A DNA stretch of 64,000 bases from Dimorphilus gyrociliatus (taxonomy: Eukaryota > Animalia > Annelida), in contig CAJFCJ010000034.1 of the NCBI GenBank assembly GCA_904063045.1, positions 124,001 to 188,000 on the forward strand, given 5' to 3'. Positions 24,991 to 38,025 of this stretch are shown piece by piece (position 1 is the first letter of the stretch; each line of letters starts with the position of its first letter). Under the pieces are notes generated by a model. The model was not told the origin of the DNA and made no database searches. It saw only the letters and a program-made list of their open reading frames with translations. A program made the position numbers and the translations under genes.

Positions 24991-27900
24991 ATGACAAGTT
25001 TAATGCTCTTCCCTTTCTTCTCTTTTCTTCTTTTTCACAATTACCTTTTAGGCGAGCAAGTTAAAGAATTTACAATTAATACAACTTATACATTTAAGTA
25101 TGTAATTGTTGAAGAGACTTTAGCAAGGGTGAAAGGAAAATATCAAATATTCGATAAACGTCTTAATAAATCTTATCCTGCTTCGTTTCCGTCTTGTTCA
25201 AGTATCGCGTATGATCGAATATGCCAGAAACTTGGATACGATAATTTACACACAGTACCAGATATATGCAGTTTTAAGAAAAGTAGATATACTCTTCTCT
25301 TACATTATGTACACTTATCATCTTTCTTATTTAAGGTACCGATCCTCATGCTCTAATATTCAAAAAGAAAGATTTAACTTGCTGCGATTTGTAAGTTGTA
25401 ATAATTTCTGTTTAAGAATGATGAAAATGGGCATTTTCTTATCATTCATTATATCCATAGTACAATTTCTAATAACGAAGAAAGAAAAGAATATTACGAA
25501 CTTTGCTTAACTTGTTTTAGAACAGATGTTTTATGTAAAAGGACTATTGAATAATATAAAAAGAGAGTTTTTATAAAGATTTACCTTCAATTTTGATAAA
25601 TATAGATCTATTTGGTTTTATATTTAAACATACTATTCTACTTTCAATTCGTTTGCAAAAAAAAGTCTTTTAAAGGCTATATAACAAATAAAGATTTAAA
25701 GAGTGCAGTATGCTCTCAGATTCAATTCAATATTGACTTTAGAGATTATAATGAAACGGAACTAGTTTTAAAAAATGTCTCTAACATTAAACCTCCAACT
25801 GCTAAAATTCTTATAAAGCCTCATAATTTAAAACAATTGTCTTGTTTAATGAGCGAAATTCAAGGTAAAGAATCTTATGTTTTTTATTCTCTTTAATTTA
25901 TATTTTAAATATATTGCGTAATATTTCTATTTTAGATATATTACCAATCTTACTTAATAAATCGCAGGCTATATCATTCGTCATGGATAATACCAAAGTA
26001 AATATACCTGGAGTAATATATTCCAAAACATATGGAATTAGACCAATACTGTATATTCAATTAACAGTCAATCTTATTGAATTGAATAGCATAAGTGAAT
26101 TGTATTGTAAACATTTTCAATTGATAAGAAGCCCACTGTTGTCTTTTCGTTTTGGTTTTGAACAGGTTATCTTATATATTAATATAGATATATAGTATTT
26201 AGTATAATGTATAAGTTACGAACGATAGGCGAGCGTCGGCAGTAAAATATAATCGCAAAGTTAATTAACAATACAATCTTTTTAACTAATCAAAAAATGA
26301 CATCTGACAAAAAGAGTTATCTTCCTCTATATGATATAGTTTTCAAGTTTATTCCCTTCTAGTTTAAACTAAAATTAGATAGAATTTAATGAGATTCTAA
26401 TTCTTCAATCTCAAGTTTCACTAAAAACTACAATATAAACCCAAAGGGCAACGAACGATTCATTGATTTCACTCTGATATCTCATACCTGTATTTAATGT
26501 CTTGTACAACGAGCGATATTCTTATATACTTATATTTATAATATTTTAAAATTAGACTCCCATTTGTATTCAGTCAACAAATTATCATCATAAAGAAGTT
26601 TGAATTACATTATTGACAACTTGAATAATTTTATTCAATTCTTCATTTTCTATTCTCTAAAGAGAACCATACATAATTTTCAAAACTGCAATTCAACACT
26701 TTCATCTTGTAATATCATTGAATATCGTTATATAGAGTATTTTTACATATATAATATAACTTGTGAAAAAAACAATGGATTTAAAGTTTGTATAACACGT
26801 TATTTGTTTGTTAAACTATAAAGTTTTTTCATTATATATTTCTTTCTTCTACTAAAAGACTACCAATTAAGATTTTATGATATAATAACTGGAAAATACT
26901 ACATAAATCAATCGGATAGTGCATTTTTAACATCTATAATAGGATACTTACAAATATTTTATATTAATAAATGGTACTCTTTTGAAAGATACATCTTCAA
27001 ACAGCGACTTATGTTGCTAGTGTGTAAACATTTTGGTTTTCAATCCGGTTCATACAGAATACAGAAAACTGATATTATAATAGATTTTGTCAATGCGTTT
27101 ACGATAATATGCCCGAAAAGTGCTAAATCCTTAATAGATTGTTCTTTTAAAAGAGTTAATAGGTTTGTTATTTTATAGGTAAAAAGATCATCTCTTTCAT
27201 TTCATTCTGCAGAAAACTTTTTTTAAGGAATCTTGGGATGAAGAAATGCTCCAATATCCAATAAATTGTTATAAAAACCTACAAAAAGGCAGAGTTAAAC
27301 TACTTTCCTCTTAACAAAACAGTTAACAATTCTATTTTTAGATTGTCAATATCCAAATTCATTCAAAATACAAAACATATGTTATTATATGATCACTGAG
27401 GAAAAAACTTTATCAATCTTAGAACAGTACAACAACTGCCAAAAGAGGAACCTAACTCTATTTGACGATTCATTTAATCTTAATAGTTATATTCTTTATT
27501 TTTTCAAAGAGACATTAGACTTTCAAAACAAGTTTCATTCCGTTCATTCAAGTAACCAGTTTTCTTATTCGAATATTTTACCAATTATTAATATTAAACT
27601 TACTTTAAGCTATATTCAAAAGAAAGATTGGAGAAAGGGATATATTATTATCACCATCAAACTTACCTTATGAATATCTATCTCAAATTGAAATCTTTCA
27701 GATGTCTAATCCTGAAAAAATTGCATATTATGAAAATAAATATCAGCCATTTATCACATACAAAGAAGTCTGTTTTGTATTCACTGTTGAACGATTTAAT
27801 AAATTCATAGTCACAAAACTTCCTCTGCCATGTGCATATAAGAACTCAAAAACCTTTATTTGCCAAAACCGTCCAAGTATTTACAAACAAACATTAGCTA

Positions 27901-30380
27901 ATAGCTAAAATCTGAAAAACAGGAAAATCATTTACATCTTTCCTACTTTAGAAAATATCTATACATTAAATTACTATCATCATATATACTTTGACGACAA
28001 TAAGAATTGTTCCTTATACTCATTTTATTGTTCTTTTGACAAGTACTGTATTAATAATATCTATGTTTGCGATGGTGAAAAAGATTGTATTTCCGGAGAA
28101 GATGAGATTGATTGTAGTTATATAACGCATTTCACTTGTATCAAATCATTAAAGAAAATACCATATCACTTCGTTTGCGATTGTAATAAAGACTGTTCAG
28201 ATGGATCGGACGAACATCTCTGCGGTAGATAACATCAATTCTTATTAATAGCCTCTTTCTTTATCTTGACACTTTGTTTTATTAAATATTCTCTTAGAGA
28301 GAAAGCCATGCGGATTCGATAAGCGAAAGTTGGTCATTCACCTTACATACATATATATATATATATATCATTATAGTATCTTGAATAGCAAAATAACCGT
28401 TACCTAATTTATTAAGATGTAAAAATGGTCAACGTATTGGATTTGAAGACGTCTGCAATAATGAATACAATTGTCTAGACTATAGCGACGAAGACTGAAT
28501 TACATATGTTGCATCAGATGGAAAAATATTGGGTTTATACATAGAATAAATTCAAATATTCTCTATTGATATGTAACATTGCAGAATGTCATCCGGAGAA
28601 TCAATTCTTTTGTGATAACAAATGTAATACCATAAACACACTCTGCAACTTTCAAGCTAACTGTAAAGATAAGACTGATGAGGATCAAACTACTTGTCAA
28701 AAGAAGTATTTTACATTAGATATTTATTTTCTAGGCTAACCATTTTGATAGCTCACAAAGTTCAGAGTTAAAATATAGTAATAATATACAGAAAAATTCA
28801 AAAGAGAGAAATTGAAAATTGTCGAGTTTCGTATAATACTAAGAACGAAATAAAAATTAACGTTCATCAACCTTACGATAACCTCAAAAACTGTAATTTA
28901 CAATCTTGTCTGTATGGTGAATTTTTGTGTAAAGAACATAAATTCTGTATATCAATCGAACAAGTTTGCGATGGTGTAAATCATTGCTAGATTGAATGAA
29001 GATGAAATTGAATGTGGTAAACGTATTGTGATTTGTATTATGGTTTCAATTTTTCTGAAAACAGCCGTTCTTGGTTATACAGTAATAGCTGCCGAGCAAT
29101 TGGAACTGTTTTGAATGTATCTTTAATTGTTTCAATAACTGTTGTGTTTTTTATTTCTTTGAAAGTATTTCTAATAGTTAGAGGGTTCAGTTCAAAGATA
29201 TATTTAAGGAAAATTATCTTCGTTCTCTTCGGAATAATCTTGATTTTCATAGTTATTTTTACCATTTTTGCATCCTTTCATTATAATGTTAGAGTTTTGT
29301 TTCTATTTTAACAATAACTAATGTTTTATAAATTTATCACTGAAGGATAAATTTTCGCAAGACGTTCTCTGTCTGAACCTAATACTTTCTTATAAAAAGT
29401 ATGAATCATGAACTATTTGATTTGCTAGTTATGCTTTTGGAATTTCAGCAATATCATTTTTTTTAAATTTATCATATGTATATCTCATTCTAAGAGGTTT
29501 TATTAGGAAAAGCAAAGACTCTATAGCTATATTCCTTAGCGATTTAATAGAAAGATTAATTTTCCTTTTACGTTCTTCTCTATTTATAATTGTAACACTC
29601 TTTGGTAAGGATTGTTATATATGTATATACAGTATATATAGTATAGATGATTACTGCTTTTCCAGGAAGTTTTATGACTAATTATTCACTTATTAAAATG
29701 ATAATTATATCAATAAGCTCATTATATCAACCTTGGTATTTTATAGTAAATTTCTTTCAAGAATATTTAAAGAGAAGAAAAGAACTAAAAAAAATGAATA
29801 GGTAGGTTAGATATTAAATTATAATCTTTATAAAAGAAGTAAGTTTTATATAATATAGGCTGAATTACTTGAAAAATATTGAAAAAAAACAACAAATGGG
29901 AGGTTTTTTTTTTTCTATGTTAACAAATAGTTATTGTAGTCATTTATTATTTATTTAAACAATTCAACTATGGAAATATCAAAAATTAAAGAGATTTTTC
30001 TTTCAACATATAAATGCCAAGTTTAACAAGCTTCAATTTAATGATATATTCTATAATAATTGCAATTATCTAAAATGTATTAAAGACTTAACGGAAGTGT
30101 TATGCGTTTGTCAAAAGATTAATTTATGTATTAATAATGACATAGGAAAAGAAACAATATTTATCAAGGTAAGAACAGCCTTCTTCTTCTTCTTCTTCTT
30201 CTTACAAGTGTTTCTCTTCTAAATATGATATTTTAATAGAAAAATCATTGTAATAAGTATAATTACATGATTAATGTTGAAGAGTTTACTATTATAGATG
30301 AAAAGAATGAATATAGAAATATGAACGATGTAGTTAATTTTATTCAATTGATAATAGATAATCGAAATGAAAACTGGTAA
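24991..30380 (+). pseudogene. GRL101/LGR-like receptor paralog R2 with premature stops and loss of last LDLa, LRRs and TM1-2
   Basis: Signal peptide at 24991; SRCR (GYLQIFYINKW...VCKHFGFQSG...LIDC); TGA at 28496 and TAG at 28988 where R1 has TGC and TGG; TM3-7 remnants; kinase-like tail. Confidence 0.75.
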
Positions 30381-31905
30381 AACTATTTTGAATTATGTTG
30401 TAATGCTTTTATCTTATCAATTTTTTGTACTTTTATAAAGAAATAAATATGACTTTTAATAAGATTTTAGCTATTCTATTTGAACCTAGTTCAATCTCTA
30501 AAGTATATATTGTATAAACGAAAGTTACCAAGAGCTTGATCAGTATGCTTTCAATTTCTTGTTTCTGATAAAACAGTCGGAAATTTAAACTTTCTATCTA
30601 AATTTAGAAATATTTCTGCTATATTCAAGAATTATAATGCGTTTTTATATATAAACTAAAGAATATATTATGAATAGACTAAAACGTTTGATATAGATAA
30701 CATTTATAACATAATAAGTATGTGACATTATGAACTTGACGCTAAGACTTTTTGTCTTTTCAATATTCAATACAAATTGTTCGTTGTTCAAAGATTTTAT
30801 AGATTAACCTGACAAAAAAAATAGTCTATTCAAGTTATAGAATATATAGCATATGTCGAAATTTGTTATAACGCTTCCTAGATGAATTGAAACGATATCT
30901 CAAGAGACTATAATTAAAAAAAAAGAGAGTTTACTTGTTGTTTTTACTTACGTTCAAGATATAATTTGTTCTATTAATAAAGTTTAGAGATTGTTATCTA
31001 TGGGTTAGAATTCATTATTGGATTATAAGGAATTTAAATTTTGGCCTAGAGAGATGTATAGTTTAAATAGAAAAACTATATAAGTTATTTCTTCTAAATT
31101 GATATATCTCTCTTTCTATGATAAGATAAAGGAGACATATTCTGTTTACACCATGAATTATGAGCAAAACACGTCATTTTTAGTTGTCTCTGTAGCTTTA
31201 TTTTTCCATTTTCCCAGTCTTTTTCTCTTTGTCTGTCGGTCTGTCTTCCACTTTTTCCTTATTCTCTTATACACAGTATATATATATATATTTCTCCCCC
31301 GTGTCCTAACTGAATGACCTAGTTAAAATTGGAATGTAGAATTATGTCACTTAAGACTAAAAAATAACATTAATAATTCCTCAGCAATAGAACTTGTTTA
31401 AATAGTGTAGTAAACATAGGCTTATCAAGCGGAAATTTCCCTGACCAAATATAACACTAAAACCATAGAGAGCATGAAAGTCTCATATAGGCCAATCTTG
31501 TTAAAGCGCAAGATAGAGGTTTTCATTTATCGCCCAGCAGTCATACTAATTAAATGAACATTCGATATATGATAATGTTACTTGAAATTAAATATTAAAT
31601 TTACTATAAATCAATAGATTTATAGATTTCATTATTATTTGAAATGCTAAAGAAATGCATTAAATAATGAATTTATAAGAAAAATAAATCTGCTATTTTC
31701 AAGGCTACAGACGACAAATAAGCTAAAAAGGAAAGTAGGATTATAACCGTCGTATATTTGGAAGAAGGATATATTAACTTAACATATGCTTCTCTTATAA
31801 ATACAATTATGTTGAAACTGAGCAACTTGTGCATAAAGGTAAGGAAATTTTAACAGTAAACAATCATAAAAATGTTCATATTTCGAAACGAATTGTTTAA
31901 ATCGT

Positions 31906-34192
31906 TTAGAGGATATTATAATAAAATGCTTAAGCTCTTCTATCAAACGGATATCTTACTATATATAGGCCTTTTCAAGAAAATATAAATCTTTAAAAAT
32001 CTCGTAAATGACTTTAAGGCCTTATTATTAACCATACAAACAGGTTATCTATGTTAAATGGAGGAGAATATTATCCAATTCAACTGTAGAAATTCCATGT
32101 CTTGTTGGTGAAACGCTTTTAAATTATTTCGATAAAGAAGATTGCGGAATAAGTGAAGAGATTTTCATCTCTATTCTAAATATGGTAAAGACTTTAAAGA
32201 CAATTGAAATCCATGGAAATAGACTATCGAAGAAAATTGTTGAACTTTTACATAAACATTCGATCACTACTTTAAAATTACATAATTTTAAATTTGATGT
32301 AAAAGAAGAGTATTTTCCATCCAATTGGTCGAAAAATTTAACTGAAATCTCTCTAAACAACTGCAAATTTTCCAGTCGTTCATTTATTTTACCAAAACGA
32401 AAATCATTGAAGAGAAAAAACGATCAAATGACATCTAATGATCATTTCTATATTCTAAGGAATTGTATTAAACTTACAAGTTTAGATGTTAGCTATACAG
32501 ATTTTAATGATATTCATTTGAACGATATAACATCCCAATTGCCATTAATTCAAGTATTGAATTTACAAAGTACTCAAGTAACAAATATTCTACCTTTATT
32601 ACGACTTAAGAAGTTAAAGGTTTTAAATTTTTCGGATTGTTTCCCAATGTCTCATACTGTAGATATTCTACGTTGCCTCACCAAATTAGAATGGTTAAGA
32701 TTATCCGAACCGCCAATCGACCAAGAAGGAAAAATGCTTATAAATATATTAAGTAGTTGCTATTGGAAACATCTAGAATACTTTGATTTTTTATATTCAA
32801 CATCTCTTGGAAGAAGTTCTATTGCAATCATAAAGTAAATACTTTTATTTTGTATACTAAAATATTGAATTTATTCATAGTTTTCGCTCTCTATAGAAAC
32901 TTTATAAAGGTTCATACTAAATTAAAATTTCTGGGACTTTTGGGTTTTCCACTACCAAATTCACTTCCTGAAGATTTGGGCCTGCTTGAATACATATCAG
33001 ACAGATCAAAGGATATAATACCTTTTATTGTGATTGTTCAATTGATCGATTTTGTTTTTATTTAATCTATAAGAGTATCATTGATTTTTTTATAGTTTAC
33101 TGATGAGACGGCCTTTCAAGAAACCTTACCAATTTTTTTATCGGACCATTATCCAGAGAGTTCAATTCTACTCTACGCAAGAAATTATCTAATGAAAAAT
33201 GCCGCCCTAAGTCGTTCACGTTTTTCGTCATTCTTTAACACGCTAAGTCAATTAAGTAAAGAAAAATACATAGATGTAAGCCTATTAATTGTATATTATA
33301 CATATTTATTTGTTAAATATTAAACATATTGCAGATTCTCCTTCAATACTTTGAATTTATCGTTTATAGAAGATTAAATTTATCACCAAAGATTGCTTTT
33401 CCAGAAGATCAGATATTACATTTATGCTTTATAGAAATTAATAAAATATTCAAATTAAATCTCAAACATCAATCAACTAAGGCAAAAGTTAAATTTTTCA
33501 AGTTATTCTTGGCGGTAAGAAAGCATTTATTGATAGAAAGTTATGAAAAAACACCTTTCTTTACAATACCATTCTCAAAATATCTGCTGGATTTATATGT
33601 GACATTTAAGGAAGAAATATCAGAAAAATGTGTTATTGTTTACTGTTTAATATCTGAAATGATATCAAAAAATGTTCAAGAAATATCTGAGTTATTAATT
33701 CCATTTATTTTGGACTTGAACGTTAAAACGGTAAGAAGGGAAAATACCACATTTTTATAAATTTTGTTTTTCATGACGGCATTGTTCATACATAGTTGAC
33801 TAACTTGGAAAAGTCCCGTTTAAAATTTTGGCTATCCAAATATTTTCAATGTATTACAACTGTTAAGAATATTGAACAAGTTCAACAGATTCGAACTGTT
33901 AAAGAGATTGTTAAAGATCGTTTGGAAAATCATTTAAAAACTACTCTAGAAATTAATAAATTACGCTTAAAAAGAAAATGGTACGAATAACAATTACGTA
34001 ATTAATTAACATTTTTATTATTTTTTATCATTTTTAGGCCTTTTAGCTGTCCAATTAAGAGATTAGGACCGAGCCCACCGAAAATATTAAAGCTAGTATG
34101 ATATTGATTATGATGATGATGATAAGGATGTTGTTGGGGGAATTAGTGACAAGTTTAGTGATAATACATTGTGGAATTCAGCATCTAAGTGA
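31906..34192 (+). CDS. LRR protein resembling the ZYG-11/ZER1 family; ends approximate, possibly frameshifted
   Basis: LRR units (LTSLDVSYTDF, IQVLNLQSTQV, LKVLNFSDC, LEWLRLS, LEYFDFL) followed by a helical ARM-like region across GT-AG introns. Confidence 0.5.
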
Positions 34193-34587
34193 AATTAATT
34201 TCGTACTAAATCTAGTATGGAATAATTATCTATAAAAAAGATTTTTTCTTTGTATAGGGCTATATTTTAATGGCAGATGTCTTATCCAATAACCATATCA
34301 TATATAATGTTATATTATTTAAATGAATCAGGGAGAAATCTTTGTTTAATGCAGACCGCCGTGTACGGTTTAATTTGCAGTTGAATATTGAATCTTTCTA
34401 TTGTATATACATTTTTCGATTTAATATATATTTGTATTTGATTTGTTAAATATTCAATAAACTTTAACTTGAACACTTTTTGAATACTTTTGAATATTTT
34501 CAATTAAATGCGTAGTTTACTATGACGAATTGTACAATACTTGAAATTCGAGTTGATGATGCAATAAATGTTATTAAAAACTAACTT

Positions 34588-34661
34588 GGCTTTGTGGCTT
34601 AGTTGGTTAAAGCGCCTGTCTAGTAAACAGGAGATCGAGGGTTCGAATCCCTCCAAAGCCT
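34588..34661 (+). tRNA. tRNA-Thr (AGT)
   Basis: GGCTTTG/CAAAGCC acceptor, CCTGT-CTAGTAA-ACAGG anticodon arm, GTTCGAATC, T tract. Confidence 0.95.
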
Positions 34662-35154
34662 TTTTGTTTAAATATAATAGAAATCTTTTTTTTTTTTAAT
34701 TATTAAAATTTAATAGAGCATAAATGAGATACGAACCAACTAAACTAACAGATTAAAATATTTACTGTGTATTGAATAATCGAACTCTTGAACAAGTAAA
34801 CTCTTTTCTGTTACAAATATTTTATGCTTATTGCGTAATAATTCTTTTTTTATCAATATTTAAATTTATTTTACAGTTGTTAATTCCTATGTAATCATTT
34901 CGATTTAAATATCGATATAAAAGTAAATAGTAAATACAGCTATTTGACAATATTTCTACTATGAAACAATATATATAGGTACAGTATTCCCATTAATTCG
35001 TTTGTATTTTTTCGCGTGAAACCATGCTAATGTTTAAATTCCGTTTCCTGTTTCGTCTGCTACTGTTTTGATTATGGCCGTCTGCTCTAATAGTCCCACT
35101 TTCCATAGTCTAAATAGTTAGTTTGCTATTGGGTGTCACGTAAAAGAGATTAAA

Positions 35155-36309
35155 ATGGAATTTCCTGAGACCGAGAAGCAAAGATCTATATTTGAGAATG
35201 GACGCTTTCATAATCCATGGCCAACTTGGAAAAATATTTCGTTTCTTAAGGGAGTCAGTGTTGCTCCAAAATTTGTCTGGAATCAACTCACATCGGCTCC
35301 AATGGTTTCTAAAACAGAATTGGAAAATGAACATCCTGTTCTAAAGCCAGACGTGAAAATTTTGGAAAACCCTCCAACAGATAAAATACAATTTGTTTGG
35401 ATTGGACATGCAACTTTTCTTATTCAAATGGAAGGATTGAATATTCTCACCGATCCAGTATTTAGTCATCGAATTGGACCTGTTTCGTTCATTGGACAGG
35501 CTAGGTACAGAAAACCAGCAATGACAATAAATGAGCTACCAAAAATAGATGCTATAGTAATTTCACACGATCATTACGATCATCTTGATTATAACTCAGT
35601 GAAAAGTTTAAACGAACGCTACGGTAATAACCTTAGATGGTTCATACCGTTAGGAAGAGGAAAATGGTTAAAAGATTGCGGTATAGAAAAAGTTACAGAG
35701 TTGGATTGGTGGGAAGAAAGCGATACAAGCTTAAAAGGAGTAAAATTTGTTTGTACTCCATGTCAACACTGGTGTAAAAGAAATTTAACAGATACCTATA
35801 AGGTAAAATACAAACCTAAAGTCTTTTACCTATTATTTCTAGTGTAACAATTAATATACATAATTAATTTCAGGCGTTAGCGGGATCTTGGTGCATTATA
35901 GGCCAACAACAAAAGTTCTTTTTCGCTGGAGATACAGGCTATTGCGCCAGTTTTAAGCAGATAGGTTATCATTACGGTCCGTTTACACTTGCAGCTATTC
36001 CGATTGGAGCATATGAGCCTAGGTTAAATATCCATCAATTTTAAATGAAGTTTATTATATTAATTTTAATTAATTGTTCAAAATAGGCACTTTTTACAAC
36101 CCCAACACGTTAATCCTGAAGAAGCCATCTCGATTTATGAAGATATCAAAGCGAAGCATTTTGTACCAATGCATTGGGGAACATTTCTCCTCTCATTCGA
36201 ACCTATACTAGAACCACCTAAGAGAATTTTAGAAGAAGTTAAAAGACGAAATTTAACTGCTGACTATTTTCATTTACCAAAACTTGGTCAAGTTACCAAC
36301 GTTTCATAA
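35155..36309 (+). CDS. NAPEPLD: N-acyl-phosphatidylethanolamine-hydrolysing phospholipase D; exons about 35155-35801, 35874-36021, 36088-36309
   Basis: [33 protein letters not shown] (metallo-beta-lactamase HxHxDH), [35 protein letters not shown]. Confidence 0.93.
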
Positions 36310-36511
36310 CTTCATCTGCAATATGGTTTTTCAAATTATTAGTGTGAAATTTTTGTTTCATTCTCAAAAGAGTTTAATTTTGAAAATGAAATCTATAATT
36401 ATTGTTTTGAAAATTAATGTGGCTTATAATTACGATCTACGCTCTTACCATCTGGCCCATTCGTATACTTAATACGTATTAAGCAGTGTAGATAAACAAT
36501 ACAAAATGTTC

Positions 36512-36970
36512 AAAAATTTAACTGAAATCTCTCTAAACAACTGCAAAATTTTCCAGTCGTTCATTTATTTTACCGAAACGAAAATCATGGAAGAGAAAAA
36601 ACGATCGAATGATATCAAAGGATCATTTCTATATTCTAAGGAATTGTATTAAACTTACAAGTTTAGATGTTAGCTCTACAGATTTTAATGATATTCATTT
36701 GAACGATATAACATCCCAATTGCCATTAATTCAAGTATTGAATTTACAAAGTACTCAAGTAACAAATATTCTACCTTTATTACGACTTAAGAAGTTAAAG
36801 GTTTTAAATTTTTCGGATTGTTTCCCGATATCTCATACTGTAGATATTCTACGTTGCCTCACCAAATTAGAATGGTTAAGATTATAAAATGCTGGCTTAA
36901 GTCGTTTACGTTTTTCGTCATTCTTTAACTCGCTAAGTCGATTAACAAGTAAGATTTATAGATGTAAGCC
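36512..36970 (+). pseudogene. Partial duplicate of the LRR gene (32332-32704 joined to ~33196-33282)
   Basis: Near-identical DNA and peptide (DHFYILRNCIKLTSLDVS...LEWLRL) with a frameshift and an internal deletion. Confidence 0.85.
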
Positions 36971-37089
36971 TAAAATGTGCATTGATTTTTTTCTTTCAAC
37001 TTGTACAGTATATATGCTATCGCTCGTTATATAATCAATCATTTACTTTTCTACATTTGTTAAAGAACTATCATAAACCCTCTAAGAGA

Positions 37090-37808
37090 ATGAAATCACT
37101 TGCAGTAGTAATGATATTTATAATTCAAGTTATATTTGGACAATTGCCATCTCTGTCAAGTAACAAAAGTTCTAAGAGATAGCATGCGAACAAAGGCTTT
37201 CGAACTGTGATAAAGAGAGAGGAATAGAAATGAACTTTATGAATTATCAGACTTTTAGCCCTACTACATTTTGTAAGAACTACAGAAGTCATCTGAAATG
37301 CTTACAAGAGTTTGATTCTTCCCAATGTTATCCAAATCGTTACAATATGGAAGAGGCCTATTTGATAAAAGTCTGTAGTAAAGGTAACTAATTACATTTT
37401 CAAAGTTATGATAAAAAAAGGTAATCGTATTTAGCTTGCCAATGTGAGCTTGACAGTTGTAGAGGAAAGTCTTATCGTGACGGATGTAAACTTTGGTATT
37501 GTTTAAGGAACGCCGTTATTCAATGCAATGCGTATAACGAAGGCGTTATACGACTTTATTCGACTGTTATGAACTTTTGTATGTGTTGTCGAATCACTTA
37601 ATATTTCATTAATAGTTTTATATATACATTTTTTACATTAGGTAATGGAGACGGTGGATATTGGAAGAAAAATTGTCGTCGTACGTATAGGGGCTCATAT
37701 AACGTTATAAAAACTATGATTAATTCTGTTGAGACCAAAGTAGCCGAATATTTTTATACTTTCGGTTTGCTATTATGTGCGCTATTTTATAGAATATACA
37801 GTTGTTAA
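37090..37808 (+). pseudogene. Cys-rich GPI-type family member 5 with a 1-nt frameshift after the propeptide
   Basis: Signal MKSLAVVMIFIIQVIFG, SKR then shifted ACEQRLSNCDK...KVCSK|ACQCELDSC; same intron position as the family. Confidence 0.6.
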
Positions 37809-38025
37809 TATGAATATATAATCCACAGGATTACGAATGAATGTTCAATTGTAACATTATACTGTATATGTTGAGAATTATATCTGCTCAGAAAAAGCAC
37901 AGTAAAGAATGAATACTGTTTTAACTAATACGAAAATAGAATAGCAATATATTGATTAATTCTCTATTATACATGAGAAACAATATGAAATATTAGGCCT
38001 AGATATAACAAGATATTTAAACTAA

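Noticed and set aside
31431-31441. GGAAATTTCCC, and GGGAAGTTTCC at 39307-39317, as NF-kB sites
   Set aside because: Short motifs expected by chance in 64 kb; no conservation or clustering visible
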